In this document: piece by piece, positions 18,804 through 29,059 of the stretch
How positions within the stretch are numbered: position 1 is the first letter of the stretch
Layout of the letters: every line of letters starts with the position of its first letter
Assembly: GCA_963782585.1 (NCBI GenBank)
Contig: CAWAKL010000001.1
Span: forward strand, 250,133-314,132
Reading direction: 5' to 3'
From: an uncultured Acidobacteriota bacterium
GTDB lineage: Bacteria; Acidobacteriota; Thermoanaerobaculia; UBA5066; Gp7-AA6
Length of the DNA: 64,000 nucleotides
Notes under the pieces: model-generated
What the model saw: only the letters and a program-made list of their open reading frames with translations
Database searches by the model: none
What the model was told of the DNA's origin: nothing
Made by a program: the position numbers and the translations under genes

Positions 18804-18906
18804 GCACGGCCGCCGTTCGAGCTCGCGGGGCGTATGTTTGCAGTCACGCCATCTCCGCCGTGCAAGCGGCGCGCCCGCGCGGCTCGTCTACAATGCTTCT
18901 CACGGC

Positions 18907-21063
18907 ATGCGGGACATTCTGGCCTGGGCCCTGACGACGGAGATTCTGGGCCTCGCCGTCCTCCCGATGCTGCGCGCGTACTTCGGCAACCGCCGGGACG
19001 CCGCCCTGCTCTCGCGACCCCTGGGCCTCGCGATCGTCGCGTATCTGGGCTGGGTGGTCTCGCTCCTGCTGAATCCTCCGGGCTTCCGCCGGGTCACACT
19101 CCTCGCGGTCGTCCTGGCCGTGGCCGCCGTCGGGTGGCTCGCCCGCCGCCGCAGCGCCGATGAGACGGCGATCCGCGAGCCGATCTGGGGAGACGAGGAG
19201 AAGCTCGCGGCGATCCTCTTCTGGGCCTCGGCCGGCGTCTTCATCGTCCTTCGGGCCGTCGGACCGGCCATCGTCGGCGCCGAAAAGTTCATGGACCTTG
19301 CGTTCGTGAACTCCCTGGCCCGCTACTCCGCCATGCCGCCCGCGGACACCTGGCTTTCGGGTTCGACGATCAACTACTACTACTGGGGGTACCTGCTCGC
19401 CGCGGCGCAGGCCAAGCTCTCGGGAGTCGCGCCGCTGACCGCGTACAACCTCGCGCTCGCGTCGTTCGCCGGCTTTTCGTTCGTGTCGGCGGCCTGCCTC
19501 GGGCTGCGGCTCTCGCGCGGCAATCTCCGCGTCGGGCTGGGCGCCGGCGGCCTGACCGTCTTCGCCGGCAATCTCGCGGGCGCCTTCCATGCCTGGGCGA
19601 AACCCATCTCGACCGCTTTCGATTACTGGCCCGCGTCGCGCGTCATCGGCCCGGAGCAGCACAAGACGATCAACGAATTTCCTTTCTTCACCTTCTTTCA
19701 TGCGGACCTGCACCCGCACCTCATCGCCTTTCCCTACTTCATCGCGGCCTTCGTGGTCGCGCACCGCTGGGTCGAGGCTGGACGGCCGCAGGCACGCCGC
19801 GCCTGGCTGTGGGTGCTGCTCGTGGCTCTCGTCTGCGGCACGGCGCGCGCGGCGAACTTCTGGAACCTGCCGGTGATGGGCGTCCTGCTCGTCGTGTCGG
19901 GCGCCCTCTGGTTCACCCGGGGCGAACGACTTCCCCGATTCCCGCAGGCCGTCTCCGGAGTCCTCCTCGGCGCGGGCGTATTCGTGCTTTCGCTCGCCCT
20001 CTTCTACCTCTACACGGCGTCCTTCCAGCTCGAGAACCGGGGCCTCGGCCTTGCCACGATGTTCTCCGGGGCGATCGAGCACCTCGGCGTCTGGGGCATC
20101 CTCTTCGCGCTGTGCGGCGCCGCCCTCTGGCCGCGGGCCTCGGCCGCGGGGCCCGAAGACACGGAAGCCGCCCGACGGCGGCGCCACCTGATCCTGACGG
20201 TGGCCGCCAGCGTGTCGCTCGCCACGGGCTTCCTCCTGAAGAGGCCGGCGATGCCGATCCTGCTCTTCCTGCTCTTCCTCGCGGCCCGCTCCACCTGGCG
20301 GAGCCTGCGCGCCGAGACGGCCGATCCCGACGGCGTCTTCGCCGGGCTCCTCGTTCTGCTCGGCCTCGCGGTGATCGCGGGCTGCGAGGTCGTGTATCAC
20401 CGGGACACGTACGGCGTGGAGCTGCAGCGGATGAACACGATCTTCAAGTACTACCACCAGGCCTGGCCGCTGCTCGCGATCGGCGGCGCCGTGTTCGCGG
20501 GCCGCGCGTGGGACGCGGCTCCCGCGCGCCAGCGCGGCCTCTGGCGGCTCGGGCTCTCCGCCCTGGGCGTCCTCGCGCTCGCCTGGCCGTTGAACGTCAC
20601 GATCTCCCGAATCCGGCAGAAGGACGGCCCGCTCTCGCTCGATGCCCGGGGACCGCTCGCGAAGCGCAGCGCCGGCGATGCCGCGGCGGTCGACTGGTTC
20701 CTGAAGAACGCCCCCGTCGGCTCGACGATTCTCGAGGCGTCCGGCGATCCCTACACCGAGTACGCGCGCATCTCCTCGCACAGCGGCGTGCCGACCGTGC
20801 TCGGTTGGGCCAATCACGAGCTGCTCTGGCGCAACAACGACACGGAGGTGCAGGAGCGGCTCAACCGGATCCGCCACTTCTACACGGCGGGGGACCCGCG
20901 CGTCGCCTGGGACACGCTCGGCAAGTACCGCGTCACGCACGTCGTCGTGGGCGACATGGAGCGCCGGACGTATCCGAACGCCGACGTCGTGGGGACGTTT
21001 CCCTTCCTCACCCCCGTCCTGACGGGTGACACGACGATCTACGCCGTCACGCGCCCCGAATGA
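18907..21063 (+). CDS. DUF2298 ('Chlor_Arch_YYY'-type) large polytopic GT-C-like membrane protein
   Basis: ATG 18907 (MRDILAWALTTEILG…). Has the INYYYWGY motif and the conserved INEFPFFTFFHADLHPH block. Confidence 0.75.
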   Translation: MRDILAWALTTEILGLAVLPMLRAYFGNRRDAALLSRPLGLAIVAYLGWVVSLLLNPPGFRRVTLLAVVLAVAAVGWLARRRSADETAIREPIWGDEEKLAAILFWASAGVFIVLRAVGPAIVGAEKFMDLAFVNSLARYSAMPPADTWLSGSTINYYYWGYLLAAAQAKLSGVAPLTAYNLALASFAGFSFVSAACLGLRLSRGNLRVGLGAGGLTVFAGNLAGAFHAWAKPISTAFDYWPASRVIGPEQHKTINEFPFFTFFHADLHPHLIAFPYFIAAFVVAHRWVEAGRPQARRAWLWVLLVALVCGTARAANFWNLPVMGVLLVVSGALWFTRGERLPRFPQAVSGVLLGAGVFVLSLALFYLYTASFQLENRGLGLATMFSGAIEHLGVWGILFALCGAALWPRASAAGPEDTEAARRRRHLILTVAASVSLATGFLLKRPAMPILLFLLFLAARSTWRSLRAETADPDGVFAGLLVLLGLAVIAGCEVVYHRDTYGVELQRMNTIFKYYHQAWPLLAIGGAVFAGRAWDAAPARQRGLWRLGLSALGVLALAWPLNVTISRIRQKDGPLSLDARGPLAKRSAGDAAAVDWFLKNAPVGSTILEASGDPYTEYARISSHSGVPTVLGWANHELLWRNNDTEVQERLNRIRHFYTAGDPRVAWDTLGKYRVTHVVVGDMERRTYPNADVVGTFPFLTPVLTGDTTIYAVTRPE

Positions 21064-22208
21064 GGATCCTGATGGCGATCGACTACTACCGGCCGAACGT
21101 GTCGGGGCTGACGATCTACGTCGAGCATCTCTCCGAAGCGTTGGCGCGGCGGGGCCACACCGTCAGCGTCCTCACCAACCGTCACCTCCCCGAGCTCCCC
21201 CTCGAGAGCCGGGAGAATGGCGTCCGGATCGTGCGTGCCCCGGTGCTCGCGCAGGTCGGAAAGGCTCTCGTGGCCCCGGCGATCCTGGCCCGCGCTCTGG
21301 CGGAGCTTCCGCGTTCCGACGTCCTCCACCTCCACTCGCCCGCCGCCAACGCGATCCCGCTCTCGCTTCTGGCCGCTTCGCTTCGCGTGCCGATCGTGAT
21401 CACCTATCACTGCGACCTGCAGCTCCCGGCCTCCGGCGGGCCGGCGCTCGTGCGGATGCTCGCGCAGGCCTCCCAGAACTTCGCGCTCGACCGCGCCGAC
21501 CGCGTGATCACGTACACCGAGGACTACGCGCGGCACACGGCCCCGCTCGCCGACCGCCTCGAGAAGGTGGGCTGGATCCTGCCGCCGGTGACGGATCCGC
21601 CGAGGACGGGACGCGGCGCAGCCGAGGCCCGGAAGCGCTACGGCATCCGCGGGAAGCCCGTCATCCTCTTTCTCGGCCGCTTCGCCGAGGAGAAGGGGCT
21701 GCCGCATCTGCTGACGGCTTTCGCGGAGGTCCGGCGGCGGTTTCCGGAAGCGATCCTCCTGCTCGCGGGTGCGAAGCAGGTCGCCGGGGAGACGGTCTGG
21801 GAGCGCGTCGCTCCCCTGGCGGCCGATCCGGCGTCGGGCGTCCTCGCGCCAGGCATCGTTCCGCCGGCGGAGATCGCGGACCTCTTCGCTGTCTCCGACG
21901 TGCTCGCGTTGCCGTCGATCAATGCCACCGAGTCCTTCGGCCTCGTCCAGGTGGAGGCGATGCTCTCGGGCGTGCCGGTCGTCGCCTCCGACCTTCCCGG
22001 CGTGCGTCAGCCGGCCCGGCTCACGGGGATGGGCGAGATCGCCCGCATCGGCGACGCCACCGATCTCGCGCGGCAGCTCATCCGCGTCCTCGAGGCGCCC
22101 GAGCGGTACCGCAAAGACGCGGCCGAGATACGCGCGATCTTTCCGCCCGAGAAGACGCTCGACTTCTACGAGGCCACCTATCGCTCGCTCGCGGGAGGCT
22201 CCCGATGA
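21060..22208 (+). CDS. Glycosyltransferase family 4 (GT-B fold)
   Basis: ATGA overlap with the upstream gene. Shows a GT4-like C-terminal pattern (…SINATESFGLVQVEAMLSGVPVVASD…). Confidence 0.85.
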   Translation: MRILMAIDYYRPNVSGLTIYVEHLSEALARRGHTVSVLTNRHLPELPLESRENGVRIVRAPVLAQVGKALVAPAILARALAELPRSDVLHLHSPAANAIPLSLLAASLRVPIVITYHCDLQLPASGGPALVRMLAQASQNFALDRADRVITYTEDYARHTAPLADRLEKVGWILPPVTDPPRTGRGAAEARKRYGIRGKPVILFLGRFAEEKGLPHLLTAFAEVRRRFPEAILLLAGAKQVAGETVWERVAPLAADPASGVLAPGIVPPAEIADLFAVSDVLALPSINATESFGLVQVEAMLSGVPVVASDLPGVRQPARLTGMGEIARIGDATDLARQLIRVLEAPERYRKDAAEIRAIFPPEKTLDFYEATYRSLAGGSR

Positions 22209-23020
22209 CCGAGGCCGACCGCGCCGAAAGCATGCTCCGCGCCCACCTGCGCGAGATGCCGCTCCACCGCGTCATCATGCGCACGCTCGAAGCGCGGATC
22301 CTCGCGGAAGTCCCCTTTCCCCGCCCGATTCTCGACATCGGCTGCGGCGACGGCCACTTCGGGTCCGTCATCTTTCCGGACGGCGCCGACGTCGGCCTGG
22401 ATCCGGGGCTCGGGGACCTCTCCGAAGCCGGGCCCCGCGGCGTGTATCGGCTGCTCGTCTCCGCCGACTCGGGCGCGATGCCCTTCCCGCGGTCGTACTT
22501 CGGGTCGGTCGTCTCCAACTGCGTGTTCGAGCACATCCCCGACATCGACAGGACGGTCGCCGAGATTGCCCGCGTGCTCCGGCCGGGAGGCACGTTCGCG
22601 TGCACGGTCGTGGGCGAGAACTTCAGCGAGTTTCTGACGAGCGCCCGCGCATGGAGCCGTCTGGGCCTGGCGCGAGCGCACCGCGCGTACCTCGACTGGT
22701 TCAATCGGAAGTCGGTTCACTACCGTTTCGATTCGCCGCCGGTCTGGAAAGAGCGGTTCGAGCGGGTCGGACTCGAGGTCCGGCGGTGGCGCTACTACCT
22801 CTCCCCGGCGGCGGCGCGCGCCTTCCACCGAAGCCACTACGTCAGCCTGCCCCACCTCGCCGCGCGCAAGCTGACCGGCCGCTGGGTCCCGGTTCCCGCG
22901 CTCATGGACAACGCGTTCTGGGTGCGACGCCTCTCACGCTATACGGGCGAGCCCGAGCCCGGAGCGGGCTCATGCATCGCGTTCGTCTGCGCGCGGCGCC
23001 CCGATCCTCCTGTAAAATGA
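22205..23020 (+). CDS. Class I SAM-dependent methyltransferase
   Basis: ATGA overlap with the upstream gene. Has the ILDIGCGDGHFG motif. Confidence 0.8.
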   Translation: MTEADRAESMLRAHLREMPLHRVIMRTLEARILAEVPFPRPILDIGCGDGHFGSVIFPDGADVGLDPGLGDLSEAGPRGVYRLLVSADSGAMPFPRSYFGSVVSNCVFEHIPDIDRTVAEIARVLRPGGTFACTVVGENFSEFLTSARAWSRLGLARAHRAYLDWFNRKSVHYRFDSPPVWKERFERVGLEVRRWRYYLSPAAARAFHRSHYVSLPHLAARKLTGRWVPVPALMDNAFWVRRLSRYTGEPEPGAGSCIAFVCARRPDPPVK

Positions 23021-23045
23021 AGGGCTTAGGGTAACCACAGCCGAC

Positions 23046-24107
23046 ATGCGATTCCTGATTACCGGCGGAGCCGGCTTCATCGGCTCGAACGCGGCGGCGC
23101 GGCTGCGCGAGCTCGGCCACGACGTGGTCGTCTTCGACAGCTTCGTCCGCGCAGCTTCGCGGTTCAACCGCGCATGGCTCGAGAGCCTGCATCCCGCCGT
23201 CCGCTTCATCGAGGGTGACGTCCGCGACGCCGGTGCCCTGCGGGACGCTCTCGCTCCGGATTTCGACGTGGTCCTTCATCTCGCCGGACAGGTCGCCGTG
23301 ACGACCTCGATCGTCGACCCGGTGACCGACTATGAGATCAACGCGCTCGGCACGTTCCGGCTCCTCGAGGAGCTTCGCCGCCGGCACGCCGGCGCCCCCG
23401 AACGGGCGCCGCTTCTGATCTACGCCTCGACCAACAAGGTCTACGGGCACCTGAGCATGGGAGAGACCGTCCGCGACGGCCGCTGGGACTTCCAGAACCT
23501 CCCGACCGGAGTCTCGGAGACGGAGCCCCTGTCGTTCGAATCGCCTTACGGCTGCTCCAAGGGCGCGGCCGATCAGTACGTGATCGACTACCACCGCAGC
23601 TTCGGCCTTCCCACCGTGGCCATGCGGCAGTCCTGCATCTACGGTCCGCGGCAGTTCGGCGAGGAGGACCAGGGCTGGGTGGCGTGGTTCGCGCTCGCGG
23701 CGGTGTTCGGCCTGCCGATCACGTTTTACGGCGACGGGCTGCAGGTCCGCGACCTCCTCTGGGTCGACGACCTCGTGGCGCTCTATCTCGCTGCGGCGCA
23801 GAAGCGGGACACGGTCTCCGGACGGGCCTACAACGTCGGAGGCGGCCCGGGGTACCGGCTGTCGCTCAAGGAGCTCATGGGCATGCTCGAGACGCGCCTG
23901 AAGCGGCCGATCCCGGTCGCCAAGGCGCCCACGCGTCTGGGCGACCAGCCCGTCTTCTACTGCAACGTGGACCGCGCCATGCGCGAGCTCGACTGGAAGC
24001 CCCGCGTTTCGCCGGAGCAGGGCGTGGACCGCCTGCTCGCCTGGATCCAGGGGAACCGTGAAGAGATCGCGCGCTTCCTCACCAAGAAGGGCCTGCAGAT
24101 CGCGTGA
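23046..24107 (+). CDS. NAD-dependent epimerase/dehydratase (extended SDR; CDP-/UDP-sugar epimerase-like)
   Basis: GGAGFIGS Rossmann motif. YxxxK as YGCSK. Confidence 0.85.
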   Translation: MRFLITGGAGFIGSNAAARLRELGHDVVVFDSFVRAASRFNRAWLESLHPAVRFIEGDVRDAGALRDALAPDFDVVLHLAGQVAVTTSIVDPVTDYEINALGTFRLLEELRRRHAGAPERAPLLIYASTNKVYGHLSMGETVRDGRWDFQNLPTGVSETEPLSFESPYGCSKGAADQYVIDYHRSFGLPTVAMRQSCIYGPRQFGEEDQGWVAWFALAAVFGLPITFYGDGLQVRDLLWVDDLVALYLAAAQKRDTVSGRAYNVGGGPGYRLSLKELMGMLETRLKRPIPVAKAPTRLGDQPVFYCNVDRAMRELDWKPRVSPEQGVDRLLAWIQGNREEIARFLTKKGLQIA

Positions 24108-27100
24108 CCCGGCTTCCCCGACGGCGCGCGCGCGCGATCCTTCTCGGAATCCTCCTGCTCGGAGGCCTCTTCCGGTTTCAGGGCCTGAACTGGGACGAAG
24201 GCCATCACCTCCATCCCGACGAGCGCTTCATCTCGATGGTCGAGGAGAAGCTGGCCTTCCCGAAGGAGCCCGGCGCCTACTTCGATTCCAAACGCTCGAC
24301 GCTCAACCCCTACAACCGCGGCGAGGGCTCCTTCGTCTACGGGACGCTGCCCATGGTCATGGCCAAGGCGGTGGCGCCGCTGTTCGGGAAGAAGGGCTAC
24401 GGCGAGACGCACCTGGTCGGCCGCGCGCTCTCGGGCTTCTTCGACCTCGTCACCGTGTGGCTCGTCTACCGGATCACCCGCCGCTTCACGCACCGCCGCG
24501 CCGCGCTCTTCGCCGCGGGGCTCTCGGCCTTCTGCGCGCTGGGCATCCAGCTCTCCCACTTCTGGGCCGTCGATGCCGTCCTGACGGCCTTCACCGCCGC
24601 GGCGCTCCTCGGGGCGGTCCGGATTGCCCAGGACCGTTCGGGCCTCGCCGGCGATGCCCTGACGGGAGCGGCGATCGGCCTGGCCGCGGCGTGCAAGATC
24701 ACGGCTCTCGCGCTCTTCGCGCCGGTCGGCATCGCCCTGCTCGTTCGGGCGCTCGCACGCGGGCGGGCCCGCGGCTGGATGGTCGGGCAGATCTTCGCCG
24801 CGATTCCCCGCGGCCTTCTCCTGCTCGCCTCGGCCGCGGTGACCGTCCGGATCTTCTTGCCGCACGTCTTCCTCGGGCCGAGCCCCCTCTCCTTCCGCCT
24901 CGACCCGCGCTGGATCGACGACCTGAGGAAGCTCAAGCTCTTGTCGAGCTCGGTCGCCGGGTTCCCGCCGGCCCTCCAGTGGGCGGGCCGCACGCTCTTT
25001 TTCCCCGTCGAGAACTTCGTCCTCTGGGGAGCGGGCGTGGCATTCGGCCTCGCGGCGATCGCCGCCCTCCTCTGGTCGTTCGGCGCCATCCTCCGCCGCC
25101 GGCAGTTCGTCCTCGCTCCGCTGAGCCTCTACGTCCTCTTTCTCTTCGGATACCACGGCCTGACGCTCGTGAAGTCGATCCGGTACTTCTACCCGGCGTA
25201 CCCCGCCCTGGCCGTGCTGACCGGCGTCGCATTCTCCTCGTGGCTGTCGCGCTCGCGGACTCCCGGCCGCGCGCGCTTCGCCCGAATCTGCGCGCTCGTC
25301 GTTCTCGCCGCGACGTTCCTCTGGGCGGTGGCCTTCACGTCGATCTACCGCCGCCCGAACACGCGCGTGGAGGCGACCCGGTGGATCTACTCGCATGTGC
25401 CGCCGCCGAAAGCCTTCGCCAACGAGAGCTGGGACGACGGCCTGCCGATGCCGATGCCCAACTACGACCCGGCGCGTTATGCCGGGCCTTCGCTGCCCCT
25501 CTTCGACCCGGATTCCCCCGAGAAGGTGGAGGCCGTCGTCACAGCCCTGACGCAGGCCGATTGGGTGGCCGTGACCTCCGGCCGCGTCTACATGAACGTC
25601 ACGCGCGTGCCGGTCGTCTTTCCGATGTCGATCGCCTACTACCGGGCTCTGTTCGACGGTGAGCTCGGCTTCCGGCGGGCGGCCGACTTCACGTCCTACC
25701 CGTCCCTCGGCCCGCTGCGTTTTCCCGACGACCGTGCCGAGGAGCAGTTCACCGTCTACGACCATCCGCGCGTCCTGCTCTTCCAGAAGACCCCGGAGTT
25801 TTCGCCCGCGAAGGCCCGCGCTCTGCTCTCGGCCGCCATTCCCCAGACCCCGCCGACCATGCACGACTGGGAGCGCTGGCCGCGGGCCCTGCGCCGCGTC
25901 AGCGCGCCGGTGCGTCCCGATCGGAGCGCGCGGCCCGAAACTCCGGCGCCTTCGTACGCCGAGCCGGGCGAGCCCGTGGGCCGCTCCTTCGGCGCCGCGG
26001 CCGTCTGGTATCTCGGCCTCGCCCTCGTCGGGCTGCTCGGCGCGCCGCTCTGCTTCGCGGCCTTCCCGCGGTTCGCCGACCGCGGCTTCGGATTCGCCCG
26101 GATCTTCGGGCTCGTGATCGTCACGTATCTGCTGACCCTCGCAGTGACGTTCCGCGTCCTGGCCAACGGACGTCGGGCGGCCCTCGTCTGCCTCCTGCTT
26201 CTCGCGGCCGCATCCGCCTGGACCTTCCTGCGGAACCGCCACGACCTCCTCCGCTTCGTGCGCGAGAACCGCCGCGCGCTCCTCCAGAGCGAGCTCGTGT
26301 TTGCCGCGGGCTTCGTCCTCTTTCTCGGCATCCGCGCCCTCAACCCCGAGATCTTCTGGGGCGAGAAGCCGATGGACTTCTCGATCCTGAACATCCTCGC
26401 GCGCACGCGCTCCCTGCCGCCGTCCGATCCGTGGCTGGCGGGAGCTCCGCTCGGCTACTACACGTTCGGCCAGGAGATGGTCGTCTTCCTGACGTTTCTG
26501 ACGAACCTCTCCACGCGCTTCACGTTCAACCTGGCCTTCGGCATGCTGGGCGGCACGATCCTGCAGGGAGCGTTCTCGCTGGCGCGCAACTGGGGCGGCC
26601 GCCTTCGCGCGGGCATCGCCGGGGCCGTGCTCACGCTGCTCCTCGGCAATCTCTCGGGCCTGCGCGAATGGCTGGAGCGCAAGCGCCCCCTCGACTGGGA
26701 CTACTTCTGGGCGACCTCGCGGGTCATCCGCGACACGATCAACGAATACCCGTTCTGGAGTCTCGTCTTCGCGGACCTCCACGCCCACGTTCTCGCGATT
26801 CCAGTCTTTCTCTTCTTCGCCGCGGCCGCTCTCCACTACGTCCGGCTCCACGCCCTCCCGGCGGGGTCCTGGGGCCGGCGGCTCTCGGGCGCGGTGCTGC
26901 TGGGTTTCGTCGCGGCGTGCCAGGCCCTCACGAACGCGTGGGACGTGCCCGTTCTCACCGGGATGCTCGTCCTCGTCATCCCCGCCGCGGCCGCCCTGAT
27001 GCCGGGAGTGACGCTCGCGGGTCTCGGCCGGGCGGGCGCGGGGCTTCTCGTAGGCGCCGGGTCGGCCTATCTCTTCGCCCTGCCCCTCTGGTTCCGCGCG

Positions 27101-29059
27101 GGAGGCCGGCCGGGAATCGGAAAGAACCTCGAGCCTTCCTCGCTGGGCGTCGATCAGCTCACCGTCTTCGGCCTCTTCGTCTTCCTGGCGCTCGGATGGT
27201 GGATTTCTTCCGCCGGCAGCCGACTCGCGGGACGGGGCCTCGGCCGGCCGGCGCGGTGGGTCGCCGGGCTGCTCCTGGTCGCCGCGCTCGTGTTCCTCGC
27301 CCTGCGCTTCCCGGACGCGTTCCTTCTGGTCTGCGTGCTGCTCTTTCTCGCGGCCTTCTTCTTCTTCGCCGAAGAGAAAGAAGACCGCCTGACGCTCGCG
27401 TTTCTCGCGGCGGCGTTCTTCCTCGTCCTCTTCACCCAGCGTTTCTACATCGTCGACCGGATGAACACGTTCTTCAAGCTCTACCTGGAAGCCTGGATCC
27501 TCTTCGCGATCGGCACCGCCGTTCTCGTGTTCCGCGGCCGGAATCGCCGGGGCGTGATCGACGCGTGGCCGTGGCCCGCGAAGGCCGCCACCGCGCTCCT
27601 CGTTCTGGCCGCCCTCTTCACGAGTGTGACGGGGGGACGCGCCGCCGTGAGCCGCCATTTCGCGCCGTACTCGGGGCCGTCCCTCGACGGGCTCCGATAC
27701 CTGCAGGAGCAGCGGCCGGGCGAGTACCGCGCCGTCGAGTGGCTGCGACGCAACGTGGCGGGCACTCCCGTCGTGCTCGAGGCCCAGGGGCCCTCGTACC
27801 AGGACTTCGGCCGGATCTCGATGCTCACGGGTCTTCCGACGCTGCTCGGCTGGGACTATCACGTCAAACAGCGGGGCAATCCGGAAAGCGAAATCGAAAC
27901 GCGCAAGAACGTGGTCCGGACGATCTACTCGCACACCGAGGCCGGAAGAGCGATCGCGTACCTCAAACGCTACGGTGTCGGCTACATCTACGTCGGCCCG
28001 GTCGAGCGCAAGACGTATCCGCCGGCGGGCTTGCTGAAGTTCCGTACGAACCCGCAGCAGTTTCCGCTCGTGTACGAGAACCCCGAGGTGCAGATCTACC
28101 GCGTGGCAGGAGGTCCGGCGCAGGACGTGCTGGTTCCCGTCCAGGAGACCCTGCCGCAGACCACCGCCTCCGGGCCTCCCGCCGACGAGCCGGAAGAGAA
28201 ACCCGCGGTGGCGGCTGAGGCCTCGGGCGAGGCCCCCTGGGCGAAGCTCCGCGAGCCGCGCGGCATCGCGGTCGACGGACGAGGACGCGTCTGGGTCGCG
28301 GATTTCGGCAATTCGCGCCTGCGCGTCTTCGATCGCGACGGGGGCTCGCTCGGCGGATGGGGAGGCCGCGGTTCCGGCGAGTTCGGCTTCCGCGAGCTCT
28401 GCGGTCTCGCGATCGCGGGAGACGCGCTCTACGTCGCCGACACCTGGAACGGCCGGGTCCGCGCGTACACCGTCGAGGGCCTCCTGCGCGGCTCGGCCGC
28501 CGAGCTCTACGGCCCGCGCGGCGTCGCCGTCGCTCCGAACGGGCGGGTCTGGGTTGCGGACACGGGCAATCACCGGATCGTCAACTACGGCCCGCTCCTC
28601 GACGATCCGCGCATCGTCGGGAAAAAGGGCGGACGCCCCGGCGAGTTTGCGAGCCCCATCGGCATCGCGGCCTCCCCCGGCGGCGAGATCTACGTCGGCG
28701 ACACGGGCAACCGCCGGATCCAGGTCCTGCATCCGGACGGCTCCCTCGCCCGCGTGCTCGCGTTCCCGGGCTGGGGCGAGAACGTGGAGCCCGGCCTCGC
28801 CGTCGACGCCGACGGAACGATCTGGGCCACCGATCCCGCTACGGCCTCCGTCCTGGCGCTCGATCCGAGCGGCGAAGTGAAGACGCGGATCTCTGCGGAC
28901 GAGAACGGGCGCAAGTTCGAGAACCCGACGGGGCTCGCAATCGACGCGAAAGACCGTATCCTCTACGTCGTCAACTCGGGCTCGAGCACGGTCTCGAAGA
29001 TTCGACTGGCGGCCGCGGCGACTCCCGCCGCTCCGCGGGGCAAGGGGGCGACGCGTTGA
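24104..29059 (+). CDS. 1651-aa fusion protein: N-terminal PMT/ArnT-like GT-C domain + DUF2298 ('YYY') membrane domain + C-terminal NHL-repeat beta-propeller
   Basis: GTG 24104 overlaps the epimerase stop (GTGA). N-terminus resembles GT39 (…HPDERF…). The middle domain parallels gene 18907..21063 (INEYPFWSLVFADLHAH). The C-terminus has six NHL-like repeats (VADTGNHRIV, VGDTGNRRIQ, …). Confidence 0.8.
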   Translation: MTRLPRRRARAILLGILLLGGLFRFQGLNWDEGHHLHPDERFISMVEEKLAFPKEPGAYFDSKRSTLNPYNRGEGSFVYGTLPMVMAKAVAPLFGKKGYGETHLVGRALSGFFDLVTVWLVYRITRRFTHRRAALFAAGLSAFCALGIQLSHFWAVDAVLTAFTAAALLGAVRIAQDRSGLAGDALTGAAIGLAAACKITALALFAPVGIALLVRALARGRARGWMVGQIFAAIPRGLLLLASAAVTVRIFLPHVFLGPSPLSFRLDPRWIDDLRKLKLLSSSVAGFPPALQWAGRTLFFPVENFVLWGAGVAFGLAAIAALLWSFGAILRRRQFVLAPLSLYVLFLFGYHGLTLVKSIRYFYPAYPALAVLTGVAFSSWLSRSRTPGRARFARICALVVLAATFLWAVAFTSIYRRPNTRVEATRWIYSHVPPPKAFANESWDDGLPMPMPNYDPARYAGPSLPLFDPDSPEKVEAVVTALTQADWVAVTSGRVYMNVTRVPVVFPMSIAYYRALFDGELGFRRAADFTSYPSLGPLRFPDDRAEEQFTVYDHPRVLLFQKTPEFSPAKARALLSAAIPQTPPTMHDWERWPRALRRVSAPVRPDRSARPETPAPSYAEPGEPVGRSFGAAAVWYLGLALVGLLGAPLCFAAFPRFADRGFGFARIFGLVIVTYLLTLAVTFRVLANGRRAALVCLLLLAAASAWTFLRNRHDLLRFVRENRRALLQSELVFAAGFVLFLGIRALNPEIFWGEKPMDFSILNILARTRSLPPSDPWLAGAPLGYYTFGQEMVVFLTFLTNLSTRFTFNLAFGMLGGTILQGAFSLARNWGGRLRAGIAGAVLTLLLGNLSGLREWLERKRPLDWDYFWATSRVIRDTINEYPFWSLVFADLHAHVLAIPVFLFFAAAALHYVRLHALPAGSWGRRLSGAVLLGFVAACQALTNAWDVPVLTGMLVLVIPAAAALMPGVTLAGLGRAGAGLLVGAGSAYLFALPLWFRAGGRPGIGKNLEPSSLGVDQLTVFGLFVFLALGWWISSAGSRLAGRGLGRPARWVAGLLLVAALVFLALRFPDAFLLVCVLLFLAAFFFFAEEKEDRLTLAFLAAAFFLVLFTQRFYIVDRMNTFFKLYLEAWILFAIGTAVLVFRGRNRRGVIDAWPWPAKAATALLVLAALFTSVTGGRAAVSRHFAPYSGPSLDGLRYLQEQRPGEYRAVEWLRRNVAGTPVVLEAQGPSYQDFGRISMLTGLPTLLGWDYHVKQRGNPESEIETRKNVVRTIYSHTEAGRAIAYLKRYGVGYIYVGPVERKTYPPAGLLKFRTNPQQFPLVYENPEVQIYRVAGGPAQDVLVPVQETLPQTTASGPPADEPEEKPAVAAEASGEAPWAKLREPRGIAVDGRGRVWVADFGNSRLRVFDRDGGSLGGWGGRGSGEFGFRELCGLAIAGDALYVADTWNGRVRAYTVEGLLRGSAAELYGPRGVAVAPNGRVWVADTGNHRIVNYGPLLDDPRIVGKKGGRPGEFASPIGIAASPGGEIYVGDTGNRRIQVLHPDGSLARVLAFPGWGENVEPGLAVDADGTIWATDPATASVLALDPSGEVKTRISADENGRKFENPTGLAIDAKDRILYVVNSGSSTVSKIRLAAAATPAAPRGKGATR

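Noticed and set aside
18804-18906. TACAAT -10-like hexamer 13 nt upstream of the DUF2298 gene start as the island promoter
   Set aside because: No acceptable -35 at 16-19 nt spacing. Promoter consensus for this lineage is unknown. Left as speculation only.
18844-20940. 698-aa minus-strand ORF antisense to the DUF2298 gene
   Set aside because: Arg/Glu/Gly-rich nonsense. The sense strand encodes a conserved polytopic membrane protein.
23957-28732. 1591-aa minus-strand ORF antisense to the 1651-aa GT-C fusion
   Set aside because: Extreme Arg/Glu/Gly bias with no motifs. The sense-strand product has three recognisable domains.
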